DNA of 64,000 bases, from positions 37,527 to 101,526 of the forward strand of contig DAIODM010000002.1 in assembly GCA_036746835.1 (NCBI GenBank). The letters run 5' to 3'. Origin of the DNA: Candidatus Onthovivens sp. (lineage in GTDB: Bacteria > Bacillota_I > Bacilli_A > RFN20 > CAG-826). Positions 39,674 to 48,854 of this stretch are shown one piece after another (the first letter of the stretch is position 1; each line of letters starts with the position of its first letter). Both the position numbers and the translations under genes were made by a program. The notes below the pieces were generated by a model that was not told where the DNA came from, searched no databases, and saw only the letters and a list, made by a program, of their open reading frames with translations.

Positions 39674-40579
39674 TTATTTATTTTCTAATTCATTAAAGCG
39701 CTCTTCATTGAGTGCTTTTCTTAAGGCTAAAACAACATCTTTATCGAGTTTATTTTTATTACAATCATTACGAATAATTTCATAAGCTTCTTCAGGTGAG
39801 AAACTATTTTTACGATAAGTACGGTTACTTGTTAAAGCACAATACATATCGGCTACCATCAAAATTTTTGCTTCTTTTGAAATATCGTTATCTTTTAATC
39901 CACGAGGATAACCACTACCATCAAGACGTTCATGGTGCTCAATAACTGCATCACGAATAATTGGATCATCAAAAGTACCTGCTAAATATTTTAAAGATTT
40001 TTCAGGGTGTTGCTTAATAATTTCAAATTCTTCTTCAGTTAATTTACCTGGTTTATTTAAAATCTTTTTATCAATTTCAATTTTACCAATATCATAAATT
40101 AAAGATGCACGCGATAATTTTTCAATATCAATTGTCCATGGAACATATTTTGCAATATGGTTAGCAACTTCCATAACTTCAACACTACTAGCTGCTTCTT
40201 TATGATCCATTTCTTCAATTTTATCTCTTAATTGTTTGGTAATATCTTGAACATAAGTTGAGGTTCCGTTTTCAACACTTAAAAGAACTGAATCTTCATC
40301 AGCTTCAACTAAAAAGTAAGGAGTATCATTATCAATTTCTATTGCGTCACCTTTAGTAGCATCAAGAACTTCTTTAGGTGTTTCAATATGAATTAATCCT
40401 TGAATAACAACATAACTTGTATGACGTTTTAAGTTATCATCAAAATTAGGAACAACAGTTAAAATTCCATTTTTTGGAATGGAATAACTTGTTATAGCAT
40501 ATTTATCACTATATAAAACATCGCCATGAATTTTGTTTCCTGGACTTTTTAAATATCTTTTAGTTAATTTAATCCCCAT
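39674..40579 (-). CDS. HD-GYP-domain protein with a degenerate HD dyad (YD)
   Basis: C-terminal HHERLDGSGYPRGL and LIYDIGKIEI (Tyr where the HD histidine is expected). About 130-aa N-terminal domain of unknown function. Confidence 0.7.
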   Translation of the reverse strand: MGIKLTKRYLKSPGNKIHGDVLYSDKYAITSYSIPKNGILTVVPNFDDNLKRHTSYVVIQGLIHIETPKEVLDATKGDAIEIDNDTPYFLVEADEDSVLLSVENGTSTYVQDITKQLRDKIEEMDHKEAASSVEVMEVANHIAKYVPWTIDIEKLSRASLIYDIGKIEIDKKILNKPGKLTEEEFEIIKQHPEKSLKYLAGTFDDPIIRDAVIEHHERLDGSGYPRGLKDNDISKEAKILMVADMYCALTSNRTYRKNSFSPEEAYEIIRNDCNKNKLDKDVVLALRKALNEERFNELENK

Positions 40580-40654
40580 AATTAAATCCTAACATTTATT
40601 ATAAAATATAAATCAAAAATCTTAAAGAAATATATTTTTATTTAAAAAGCATAA

Positions 40655-40690
40655 AAAAAGAGCGATTCTCATCGCTCTTTGAGTTTAAAC
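40655..40690 (-). terminator. Rubrerythrin terminator (agagcgat-gaga-atcgctct + T-run)
   Basis: An 8-bp GC-containing stem with TTTTTTT on the minus strand. Confidence 0.8.
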
Positions 40691-41233
40691 TTAATAATTC
40701 TTAGCTAAAACTTCAAAATAGCTTTGTGGATGACTGCAGCATGGGCACATTTTTGGAGCATTCTTACCAATAAAAATGTAACCACAATTACGGCATTTCC
40801 AAATAGTAACATCAGCATCTTTTGTGAAAACCTTTAAGGTTTCAACATTTTCAAGAAGTTTTTCATAACGTTCTTGGTGAGTCTTTTCGACTTCAGCTAC
40901 TTTTCTAAACTTGAAAGCAAGATCTTTAAATCCTTCTTTTTCAGCAGTTTCAGCGAAATCTTTATACATGGTAGTCCATTCATAATTTTCGCCTTCAGCA
41001 GCATGTTTTAAGTTAGTTTTTGTATCACCAATGAGGTCAAGTTCTTTTGCCCACATCTCAGCATGTTCTTGTTCATTTCCAGCAGTCTCTTCAAAAATTG
41101 CTTTAATTTGCTCATAGCCTTCTTTTTTAGCTACTTTTGAGAAATAAGTGTACTTATTTCTTGCTTGAGATTCACCTGCAAAAGCTGTTAAAAGATTCTT
41201 TTCGGTTTGTGTTCCTGAATATTTGTTAGCCAT
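40691..41233 (-). CDS. rbr: Rubrerythrin
   Basis: Ferritin-like diiron ExxH motifs and a C-terminal rubredoxin-like CRNCGY...CPCCSHP. Confidence 0.88.
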   Translation of the reverse strand: MANKYSGTQTEKNLLTAFAGESQARNKYTYFSKVAKKEGYEQIKAIFEETAGNEQEHAEMWAKELDLIGDTKTNLKHAAEGENYEWTTMYKDFAETAEKEGFKDLAFKFRKVAEVEKTHQERYEKLLENVETLKVFTKDADVTIWKCRNCGYIFIGKNAPKMCPCCSHPQSYFEVLAKNY

Positions 41234-41235
41234 AA

Positions 41236-41355
41236 CTATTTATCCTCCTTAATTTCTTGGATATCATCACCACTAGCACCACAGACTGGACAAACTGGAT
41301 TTGGATCATCACTTTCAAATTCAAATCCACAAAGTAAGCATCGATACTTTTTCAT
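41236..41355 (-). CDS. 39-aa rubredoxin/desulforedoxin-like zinc-ribbon protein (absent from the ORF track)
   Basis: [39 protein letters not shown] carries two CxxCG knuckles. A GGAGGA ribosome-binding site lies 6 nt upstream. Its stop is 3 nt before the rubrerythrin ATG. Confidence 0.65.
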   Translation of the reverse strand: MKKYRCLLCGFEFESDDPNPVCPVCGASGDDIQEIKEDK

Positions 41356-41404
41356 ATATATCCTCCGATAAAAGTATTTTATATAAAAAATTAATAAATT
41401 AATA

Positions 41405-41785
41405 TTAACTTTTCTTCCTATTTAAACAATCCTTACAAACACCATAATAAGAAATCGATTTTCTTTCAATTAAATTGCCATCTTTATCGTAATATGAGTC
41501 AGTATCTTTTTTATTTTCTATATCTATAATTATACCACACTCTTCACAGATAAAATGATCATGACAATCTTTTGAGGTATCTTCGTAAATATTTTCATCT
41601 AAATTAGTTGAAACTTTTCTAATGATACCTTCACTACTTAAGGTATTAAGATTTCTGTAAATTGTTGCGATAGACATCGTAGGAAATGACTTTTTTAAGA
41701 CATCAATTAATTCGCTAGTTTTAACATGCCCTAGCATATGAATTGCGTCAAGTATCACCTTTCGTTGTATCGTTTCTCTTTCCAT
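41405..41785 (-). CDS. perR: Fur-family regulator, PerR-like
   Basis: A winged helix followed by HDHFICEECG...CKDC metal sites. It lies directly upstream of the rubredoxin-like and rubrerythrin genes. Confidence 0.75.
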   Translation of the reverse strand: MERETIQRKVILDAIHMLGHVKTSELIDVLKKSFPTMSIATIYRNLNTLSSEGIIRKVSTNLDENIYEDTSKDCHDHFICEECGIIIDIENKKDTDSYYDKDGNLIERKSISYYGVCKDCLNRKKS

Positions 41786-41898
41786 TGATAATAATTCCTT
41801 ATTGATAATTATTATAAATAAGATAGAACTATTTGTAAATAGGAAGACATAAAAAAAGCCAACTTTTATAGTTGGCTCTCTTTAAAGAAATAAATTAG

Positions 41899-42039
41899 TT
41901 ACTTACGACTTAAGAAATTTCTAAAATCTGTGTTGTAATAATAACTGTTATAACAATTATTATCCTTTTCTTCATTTTCTTTTTGTCGAGCAACAATCTT
42001 TTGTTCTTTCTTTAAATCTGTTAATACATACTTTTTCAT
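41899..42039 (-). CDS. 46-aa hypothetical small protein (absent from the ORF track)
   Basis: MKKYVLTDLKKEQKIVARQKENEEKDNNCYNSYYYNTDFRNFLSRK, with an AAGGAGAAAG ribosome-binding site 5 nt upstream. Confidence 0.4.
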   Translation of the reverse strand: MKKYVLTDLKKEQKIVARQKENEEKDNNCYNSYYYNTDFRNFLSRK

Positions 42040-42222
42040 AGCTTTCTCCTTAATTTAATAAGTTTCTGCTTAAGAGTTAAATACTAACTCTCTTAAGCAT
42101 TTATATTATGAATGATATGTAAAAATCTACAACACTGAAACATCGATGCCATCTGTCATTTAAAGCGCTTACATGAAAATTACATTTTAATTACATTTGA
42201 TTACATCAATACTTTTTATAAA

Positions 42223-42250
42223 AGAAAAAGCACCTATGAAAGTGCTTTCA
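42223..42250 (-). terminator. Terminator (aaagcactttc-atag-gtgcttt + T-run) after the acyltransferase gene
   Basis: A hairpin with a T-run on the minus strand. Confidence 0.6.
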
Positions 42251-42258
42251 GTATTTTA

Positions 42259-43062
42259 TTACTTATTAGTATCAAACTCCAACTTTTTACCATAATACTT
42301 TTCGTATTGATCAACTGCTTCATGATGAGCAGTATCTCGCATATATTCCATATTCTCTTTGGTAGAAAGTTCTTTCTTTGGATAGATAGGCTTTAAAATA
42401 TAAATATTAAATTGTTTAATTGGAAAACCTTCTTCATCTTTCTTTCCAGTATCTTTAAAACAAATTTCCATCGGAATGATTGGAACGTTATATTGGCTGG
42501 CATAATGGAAAGCACCATTTTTATATGGACGTGGTTTTTCATACATCCACCATTCAGCTTGTTCTGGATAAAATAAGACATAGTGATTGCGTTCCATATG
42601 GAACTTCATTGCCTCATTAAATTTACGCATTACATTAATATCATCAGGAATTGGCATCATCCCATCGGCACGCATAAGTTCACCTAAACGACTATTCATA
42701 TTATTAAACCAAGCGGCGGTAATAAATAATTTATGTCCATGAAGAGCATGTTTTACACATAAACAATCAAACATATAAACATGGTTACAGGTACAAATTG
42801 CCGTTTTAATACCTTTTAAATTTTCTCTTCCATAAACTTTAGTTTTCATCACTTTATGATTTTGATAAAAACTATAAGGTCGAACCATAAAATGCTCTAA
42901 CCACCAATATTTAATTTTTAATTTTAATGGTTTTTTGATATATGGATATTTTTCAGTTACAGGAATACAAATATCATATGGAATTGGATCGACATGTTCA
43001 TCAAAAACACCACGTTTTTCATTGGCGATAATTTTATCGACTACTTCTTTCCTATTTCCCAT
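42259..43062 (-). CDS. Lysophospholipid-acyltransferase (LPLAT/PlsC-like) family protein
   Basis: HX4D motif CNHVYMFD and an FYPEQ...PRPYKNGAF block. Confidence 0.6.
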   Translation of the reverse strand: MGNRKEVVDKIIANEKRGVFDEHVDPIPYDICIPVTEKYPYIKKPLKLKIKYWWLEHFMVRPYSFYQNHKVMKTKVYGRENLKGIKTAICTCNHVYMFDCLCVKHALHGHKLFITAAWFNNMNSRLGELMRADGMMPIPDDINVMRKFNEAMKFHMERNHYVLFYPEQAEWWMYEKPRPYKNGAFHYASQYNVPIIPMEICFKDTGKKDEEGFPIKQFNIYILKPIYPKKELSTKENMEYMRDTAHHEAVDQYEKYYGKKLEFDTNK

Positions 43063-43064
43063 AG

Positions 43065-44357
43065 TTATTTCTTCCCGCTAGTATCTTCGACACGTGCAAT
43101 TTGATCCCAAGCTGCACTATTTTTAACGAATAAAGCTCTAAAAACAATTTTAATATATCCCATATAGAAGAATGGATGAGTTAAAAGTAAAATAATCTTA
43201 TTTTTAAAACTTAACTTAATATTCTTACGATCAATAATCATTGCATTTAAAGTCATAAAGAAGAAACTAAAGTAAATAACTGCAAAACCAATAAGTGAAT
43301 TGAAATAAGCAAAATAAGCAAGATTACTCAAAACAATTAAGAAATATGTTCCTAAAATAAAGTTAACGAACATATAAACAGCAGATAAACCAATCATCCA
43401 ATAAACAATCCAAAGAGCCTTACAATAATATCTATTAACCTTTTCTTTAAAAGTTAAGCATTCATCAGCAAGACGAGTATTGTAATATTTCTTACTATCA
43501 CAAACACCAGTCATCCATCTTTGTCTACGTTTATTAGTCATTTCAAGCGTATCAGCCTCTTCCATATAAATTTCTGCATAACTTGCATAATAACAAGTGA
43601 AATTTCTTAAGCAAGCATCATACATAAACTCAATATCTTCAGTTAAAGTCTTATTATATGGCCATCCACCAATCTTATTAATGACATCTTTTCTGAAACA
43701 AATACCAGTTCCAATAGTCATATTAGTAATGTTATGGTCACTCTTAAATCGGTTTCCCATTTCATCAATTAAAGTCCAAATAATACCATTACATGCTGCT
43801 TCAAGAGGAATCTCTTTTCCAGGCATATAATAGTTTTTGACTAATTTCTTGCATTGAACAACTTGGCGACCACTGGCGAAAGCATTATTAATTTCTTCAA
43901 GACAATTATCTTTCATCCAACAATCAGCATCCATAATAAGGTATGCATCGTAATAATTCTTTCCATAAGTTCTAAATATTTCTTGGAAACAATTGTTTAA
44001 AGCATCACTTTTGCATTTTTGATCTGCAACAACATGTGTAATCGAACCATATTCTTTTGCAATTTCTAATGTCTTATCATGTGGATCTTTAACAATAATA
44101 TGAACATCAAAGTTTTCTTTTCCATAAGTTTGATTTTTTAAATCATCTAATAAACCACGAATAACACTAGATTCATTTCGAGCTGGGACTAAAATTGCTA
44201 ACTTAAAATTCTTATCATTATGAAGATGTTCTTGCTTTTTATATGGAGCAAACCATCCAATTAATCTTGGTAAATAAAGAATTAAACATAATCCAATAAT
44301 TCCTAAAAAGATAAATAAACTATATTCTAAAATCTTCAATAACAATTCATAACTCAT
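43065..44357 (-). CDS. Family 2 glycosyltransferase, processive type (QxxRW), with N- and C-terminal TM segments
   Basis: LAILVPARNES, DxD (MDADC) and QRWMTG (QxxRW), with a multi-TM C-terminus. Confidence 0.7.
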   Translation of the reverse strand: MSYELLLKILEYSLFIFLGIIGLCLILYLPRLIGWFAPYKKQEHLHNDKNFKLAILVPARNESSVIRGLLDDLKNQTYGKENFDVHIIVKDPHDKTLEIAKEYGSITHVVADQKCKSDALNNCFQEIFRTYGKNYYDAYLIMDADCWMKDNCLEEINNAFASGRQVVQCKKLVKNYYMPGKEIPLEAACNGIIWTLIDEMGNRFKSDHNITNMTIGTGICFRKDVINKIGGWPYNKTLTEDIEFMYDACLRNFTCYYASYAEIYMEEADTLEMTNKRRQRWMTGVCDSKKYYNTRLADECLTFKEKVNRYYCKALWIVYWMIGLSAVYMFVNFILGTYFLIVLSNLAYFAYFNSLIGFAVIYFSFFFMTLNAMIIDRKNIKLSFKNKIILLLTHPFFYMGYIKIVFRALFVKNSAAWDQIARVEDTSGKK

Positions 44358-44359
44358 AA

Positions 44360-45154
44360 TTAATCCTCCTTACAAACATATTTAATATATTCACAATCAC
44401 TATTCTTACTGCGTTCAACCATCGTCTCATAAACTTTGTTTCTTAAATCATCTTTTCTCTTAAATTCATCGATATTATTATCGCTATAGAATGGTCCATC
44501 TACATAAATAACCATTCTTGGTTTTTTGCTATGCTTTCTTTTTTGATAAGTTGTAGTAAAGCAAAAGACAGGATCGCTAAATTGAACAGGATATCTAAAC
44601 GAAGTTGATTTAAATGGTCTTATTTTTGTGTAATATGGCCAAATATGAGCTTCTGGATAAATCATAATCATACTTTTTTGAATGCTTCTTTTTTCAATAG
44701 CACCAATAAAGTTTTTCATTCCATTAAAACTATCTGGAATTGGTATTGCCCCAAGCATCATCATGATATTTTGAGTTCCTTTAACAGCTACATTTTCGCT
44801 ATTAACAACAACATAACAATTTTGAGGAAAACTTAACATATTTGGAATAAAAGCATCAGCAGGAACATTTGTATGATTTCCATACATGAAATATCCTTTA
44901 TGCTTATAACCCTTTAAGACATTCTTATTAACGTATTTAATATGAAATTTAAATTTTAAATAGAAATAAGCAAATGGAGTTAAGAAAACACGATAAACAA
45001 AGAATCGTAAAATATTCCAAAAAACATTTTTGTGAATATAAACAAAGTTTTCGTCTAAATTCGCTTTAGGTCTTTTGATACCACTGAACTCATCGTTGAG
45101 TTCGTCTTTGAAATAAATGACATCGTTTTGCATACTAGGTTTTCCTACAATCAT
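44360..45154 (-). CDS. LPLAT-family acyltransferase, paralog of 42259..43062
   Basis: GNHTNVPAD and IYPEAHIWPYYTKIRPFKSTSF align with the corresponding blocks of the other acyltransferase. Confidence 0.55.
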   Translation of the reverse strand: MIVGKPSMQNDVIYFKDELNDEFSGIKRPKANLDENFVYIHKNVFWNILRFFVYRVFLTPFAYFYLKFKFHIKYVNKNVLKGYKHKGYFMYGNHTNVPADAFIPNMLSFPQNCYVVVNSENVAVKGTQNIMMMLGAIPIPDSFNGMKNFIGAIEKRSIQKSMIMIYPEAHIWPYYTKIRPFKSTSFRYPVQFSDPVFCFTTTYQKRKHSKKPRMVIYVDGPFYSDNNIDEFKRKDDLRNKVYETMVERSKNSDCEYIKYVCKED

Positions 45155-45379
45155 AATTTTATAGAAATGTAAAAGTAAATAAATTAAAACTTTATAGAAC
45201 GATATATAACCTTATGAGACTACAACTCTCTTTTTAAGAGAATAACGACTTATATGCTCTTTTTTTAAATGTTTTTCTAAAATTATTTCGATATTATCGA
45301 ATGTTTAATATTTGGATTTAAGCACAAAAAAAGCATATAAAATAAGTCCATTCTACTTTTTAATTTACATTATAAAGTG

Positions 45380-45396
45380 AAACATTTAAAATGTTT
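45380..45396. repeat. Perfect palindrome AAACATTT-a-AAATGTTT ending 2 nt before the XRE gene start codon
   Basis: Read directly from the sequence. Confidence 0.6.
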
Positions 45397-45398
45397 GT

Positions 45399-45989
45399 AT
45401 GGAAGAATTAAGAATCACAATAGGAAAAAATCTTTCCGAATTAAGAAAAAAACGTGGTTTAACTCAAGCTGAATTGGCTGCTCAATTAAACTACTCAGAT
45501 AAAGCAATTTCTAAATGGGAACATGGTGATGCCATGCCTTCAATTGAAAATTTAATTGTTATTTGTAAGTTCTATAACATTACACTTGATCAATTAACCC
45601 ATGAAGGTATTGATAAAATTAAAGTCATTGATGAAGATAAACAAAATAAATCAAACAAAATAATTATTACATCTTTATCTTTCTTTACAGTTTGGACTTT
45701 AGCCACTATTAGTTATGTTGGTGGAATTATTTTGTTTAATGTTTATAGTTGGAATGTTTTTGTTTGGGCTATTCCACTCTCATTCGTAGATTTAATTGTA
45801 TTTAATAGTATTTGGGGAAAAAGAAAATACAATTTTGCATTAATTACCATTTTTATTTGGACTTTATTAACTGCGATTTATGTTGAATGTTACATCCATA
45901 GTTATAATCTTTGGGTAATCTATTTCTTAGGCATACCTGCTACAATTATTACAATTTTATGGAGTCAATTAAAAAGAGTTAAGAAGTAA
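45399..45989 (+). CDS. Membrane-anchored XRE-family HTH regulator
   Basis: N-terminal HTH_XRE (LRKKRGLTQAELAAQLNYSDKAISKWEHGDAMPSIENL) and about four TM helices. Confidence 0.75.
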   Translation: MEELRITIGKNLSELRKKRGLTQAELAAQLNYSDKAISKWEHGDAMPSIENLIVICKFYNITLDQLTHEGIDKIKVIDEDKQNKSNKIIITSLSFFTVWTLATISYVGGIILFNVYSWNVFVWAIPLSFVDLIVFNSIWGKRKYNFALITIFIWTLLTAIYVECYIHSYNLWVIYFLGIPATIITILWSQLKRVKK

Positions 45990-46007
45990 ATCTTAACTCT
46001 TTTATTT

Positions 46008-46832
46008 TTACTTTTTGCGGTACTCTTTAATTCTATTTTGATAATCAAGTAATACATCATCGAAACAGTGTAATTTTAAGGTTTTATGAACGCCTTCTAC
46101 ATTCCATGGTTTAATATTGCTGGTGTGATAAAAAGGTAACCAACGAATAGTTTTGCAGAAGTGTTTTATAACTGTTCCTTTTTTCATATTTCGTTGAACG
46201 TTATAAATATATGGAATGAAATATCTTTCTTTTACTGTTCTATTAATTGCATCTTGATCCAAGAAAGCCATCTTATCATGCAAACATTTGTATCTACAAT
46301 TTTCGAAGAATTTTGTTTCTCTACACTTATCAATATTAAATAAAATTACTCCAGCATTTTGATAATAGTTTCCAATAAAATAACGACCTAATACATCATA
46401 AGCAGCTCCAAATTCATAACCACTTAAATCTATATTATATAAAGGAGCAATATCACCTAAAATACCAAGATCGCAATCAAGATAAAGAATCTTGTCTACT
46501 TCTTTAGGAAGAAAATCAGCAAATAATCTTAACATTGTGTAAGGTGTATAAAAATTCATCATATTTGGTGAATCTTTCATTTCTTTTAAAAATGGTTCAC
46601 GCATATCTAACAAAATAATTTTGCTATTTTTGTTTCCTTGCTTTAAAACATCTTCAAGATATTTTCTATCTTTTTCACTAACCGCAACAAATCTAGGACT
46701 TATATCAGTTAAGTCCATTGTCATTAAATAAAGAGTAATCTCATGTTTGTTGTGCTTTACTAAACTTAAAAGTTCGATGAGTATGCCATCAAAAACTTTA
46801 TCATTTCCGCACATTAATAAATTTATTTTCAT
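46008..46832 (-). CDS. Family 8 glycosyltransferase (GspA/LgtC-like)
   Basis: A GT8 fold with a DxD motif (LYLDCDLGILGD). Confidence 0.65.
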   Translation of the reverse strand: MKINLLMCGNDKVFDGILIELLSLVKHNKHEITLYLMTMDLTDISPRFVAVSEKDRKYLEDVLKQGNKNSKIILLDMREPFLKEMKDSPNMMNFYTPYTMLRLFADFLPKEVDKILYLDCDLGILGDIAPLYNIDLSGYEFGAAYDVLGRYFIGNYYQNAGVILFNIDKCRETKFFENCRYKCLHDKMAFLDQDAINRTVKERYFIPYIYNVQRNMKKGTVIKHFCKTIRWLPFYHTSNIKPWNVEGVHKTLKLHCFDDVLLDYQNRIKEYRKK

Positions 46833-46949
46833 GACTATTATATTAATAAATAAAACGGCAATAATCTATCTAATTGTTTTTTTACCTACTCTATTTTAAA
46901 GAGAGTCAAAAAATAATTGTTGTAATTTTCCATCATATACTTAAAATAA

Positions 46950-47185
46950 AGGCATAGAGATAGAGGCGCTGCCAAGATTATTACTTAGCCGAAGAGACAT
47001 CTAAAGAAGCTAAGGAAAGGCGAGGTGGCCGAAACTACAAAAAGGTATTTTTGTAGATTGGGCTATGGAGGAATACTCCTATAGACTCCTACTTTAAGCG
47101 ATAGCTTATTGTAGAGGCGCTATTAATGTACTTTTCTAAATTATTTTTAATTAGGGATTGCATTAATAGGCAATCTCTTTTGTTT
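46950..47185 (+). promoter_or_regulatory. Candidate lysine (L-box) riboswitch leader with a terminator
   Basis: The L-box-like elements AGAGAUAGAGGCGC, GGAAAGGCGAGGUGGCCGAAAC and UGGGCUAUGGAGG are present. A terminator (gattgc-attaatag-gcaatc + UCUUUUGUUU) follows just before the ATG of an amino-acid ABC transporter. Confidence 0.5.
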
Positions 47186-47198
47186 AAGGAGCGAAAAA

Positions 47199-48851
47199 AT
47201 GAAGTTTTTTCGAAAAATATTTAGTTTTGGTGCAATTGCGATTGGAGCCATGCTTCTTGCAGGTTGCCAAGGAACAAGCAGCACTTCTAAAGGTCAACTT
47301 ATAGTTGGACTTGAGTGTAACTACGCTCCATTTAACTGGACAGAAACGAGTGCTTCTGACACAAATGTCCCGATAGATGGGAAATCTAATCAATTTGCTG
47401 ATGGATACGATATTCAAATTTCTAAGAAAATTTGTGAGTACATGGATTATGATCTTGTCATTAAAAAACTTGATTGGGATTCATTGATTCCATCACTTGA
47501 AGGCGGAGAAATTAACGCCATTATTGCAGGTATGACTGATACCGCAGAGCGTGAACAATCAATTGACTTTACAAATGAATATTATCGTTCTGAACTTGTA
47601 TTAATTGTTGATTCTAAAAATGGAACAGATGATGTTTTAGATGCAACAGACCTTAAAACTTATTTAAATGGCAAGGCTGTTGAATCACAAGTTTCAACTG
47701 TTACAGATAGTGTCATTGATATTTTTACCGCTGATTATGGAGCAGTCCACAGTAAAGCTGTCGATAGTTTCCCAAGTGCTGCTAATGATGTTAGTAGCGG
47801 AATAGTATTTGCAATGACTGCTGAATTGCCTGTTGCTAAATCTCTTTGTGCTTCTTACACAAACTTAAGTATTGTCCATATAGATCAATCAATTTTAGGT
47901 GATACTGCTAGTGAGTTAGGTGTCTCAATTGGAATTAAAAAAGGTGATACTGTATTAAAAACAAGTATAAATGCTGCTCTTTCAAAAATTAGTCAAGATG
48001 AAAGAAATAATATGATGACTGATGCCGTTCAACAAGCCTCAACTGAGCATCAATTGAGTGATATTGAAAAGATAAATTACTTACTATCCCACTACTTCCA
48101 AACTTTCTTTTATGGATTAGTATCAACATTACTTCTTGCAATTATTGGTAGTGTTGTTGGACTTATTTTAGGTATCTTCCTTGCTTTAGGAAAGAATTTA
48201 AAAATTAGTAAAGATGATAATGTTTTTAAACGTATATTAAAGGGATTATGTATTGGTTTATGCACCATTTATTCAGTTGTGTTAAGAGGAACCCCAATGA
48301 TGGTTCAAGCCTTAATTTTTAAATTTGGTGCTCAAGCAATTGGCATTAATTTTGGAACTATTTTAACTGGTGTGCCAATCTTTGATGGATGGTTAGTTGC
48401 AGGTTTAATCGTCATCACTTTAAATACCGCTGCTTATATGGGTGAAGATATTCGTGCAGGTCTTAATGGTCTTGATTCAGGACAACAAGAAGCTGCACTT
48501 TCTCTTGGTATGTCTAAATTTAAGGCCTTTACTCTTGTTGTTTTACCTCAATGTATTCGTAATACTTTACCAACACTTGCAAATGAATACATTATTAATA
48601 TTAAGGATAGCTCAGTCTTAAACGTTATTAGTGTTACAGAACTTTTCTTAAGTGTTTCAATCGCTACAAGTATGAACTACTTCATGGTTCAAGGTTACGT
48701 TATTATTGCAGCAATTTATCTTATTTTAACTTTAATTGCTACTCTTATCTTTAACGAAATTACTATGAAACTTGATGGAAAGAAACATAAATTTAATTTA
48801 TTCAAACGTACTGCAAGTTTATTCACAAATCATGAAAGGTCAAAATATTAA
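47199..48851 (+). CDS. Amino-acid ABC transporter, fused lipoprotein substrate-binding domain plus permease (GlnP-like)
   Basis: A lipobox (LLAGC), a type 3 SBP domain, and a His/Gln-type permease with an EAA loop. Confidence 0.8.
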   Translation: MKFFRKIFSFGAIAIGAMLLAGCQGTSSTSKGQLIVGLECNYAPFNWTETSASDTNVPIDGKSNQFADGYDIQISKKICEYMDYDLVIKKLDWDSLIPSLEGGEINAIIAGMTDTAEREQSIDFTNEYYRSELVLIVDSKNGTDDVLDATDLKTYLNGKAVESQVSTVTDSVIDIFTADYGAVHSKAVDSFPSAANDVSSGIVFAMTAELPVAKSLCASYTNLSIVHIDQSILGDTASELGVSIGIKKGDTVLKTSINAALSKISQDERNNMMTDAVQQASTEHQLSDIEKINYLLSHYFQTFFYGLVSTLLLAIIGSVVGLILGIFLALGKNLKISKDDNVFKRILKGLCIGLCTIYSVVLRGTPMMVQALIFKFGAQAIGINFGTILTGVPIFDGWLVAGLIVITLNTAAYMGEDIRAGLNGLDSGQQEAALSLGMSKFKAFTLVVLPQCIRNTLPTLANEYIINIKDSSVLNVISVTELFLSVSIATSMNYFMVQGYVIIAAIYLILTLIATLIFNEITMKLDGKKHKFNLFKRTASLFTNHERSKY

Positions 48852-48854
48852 ACT

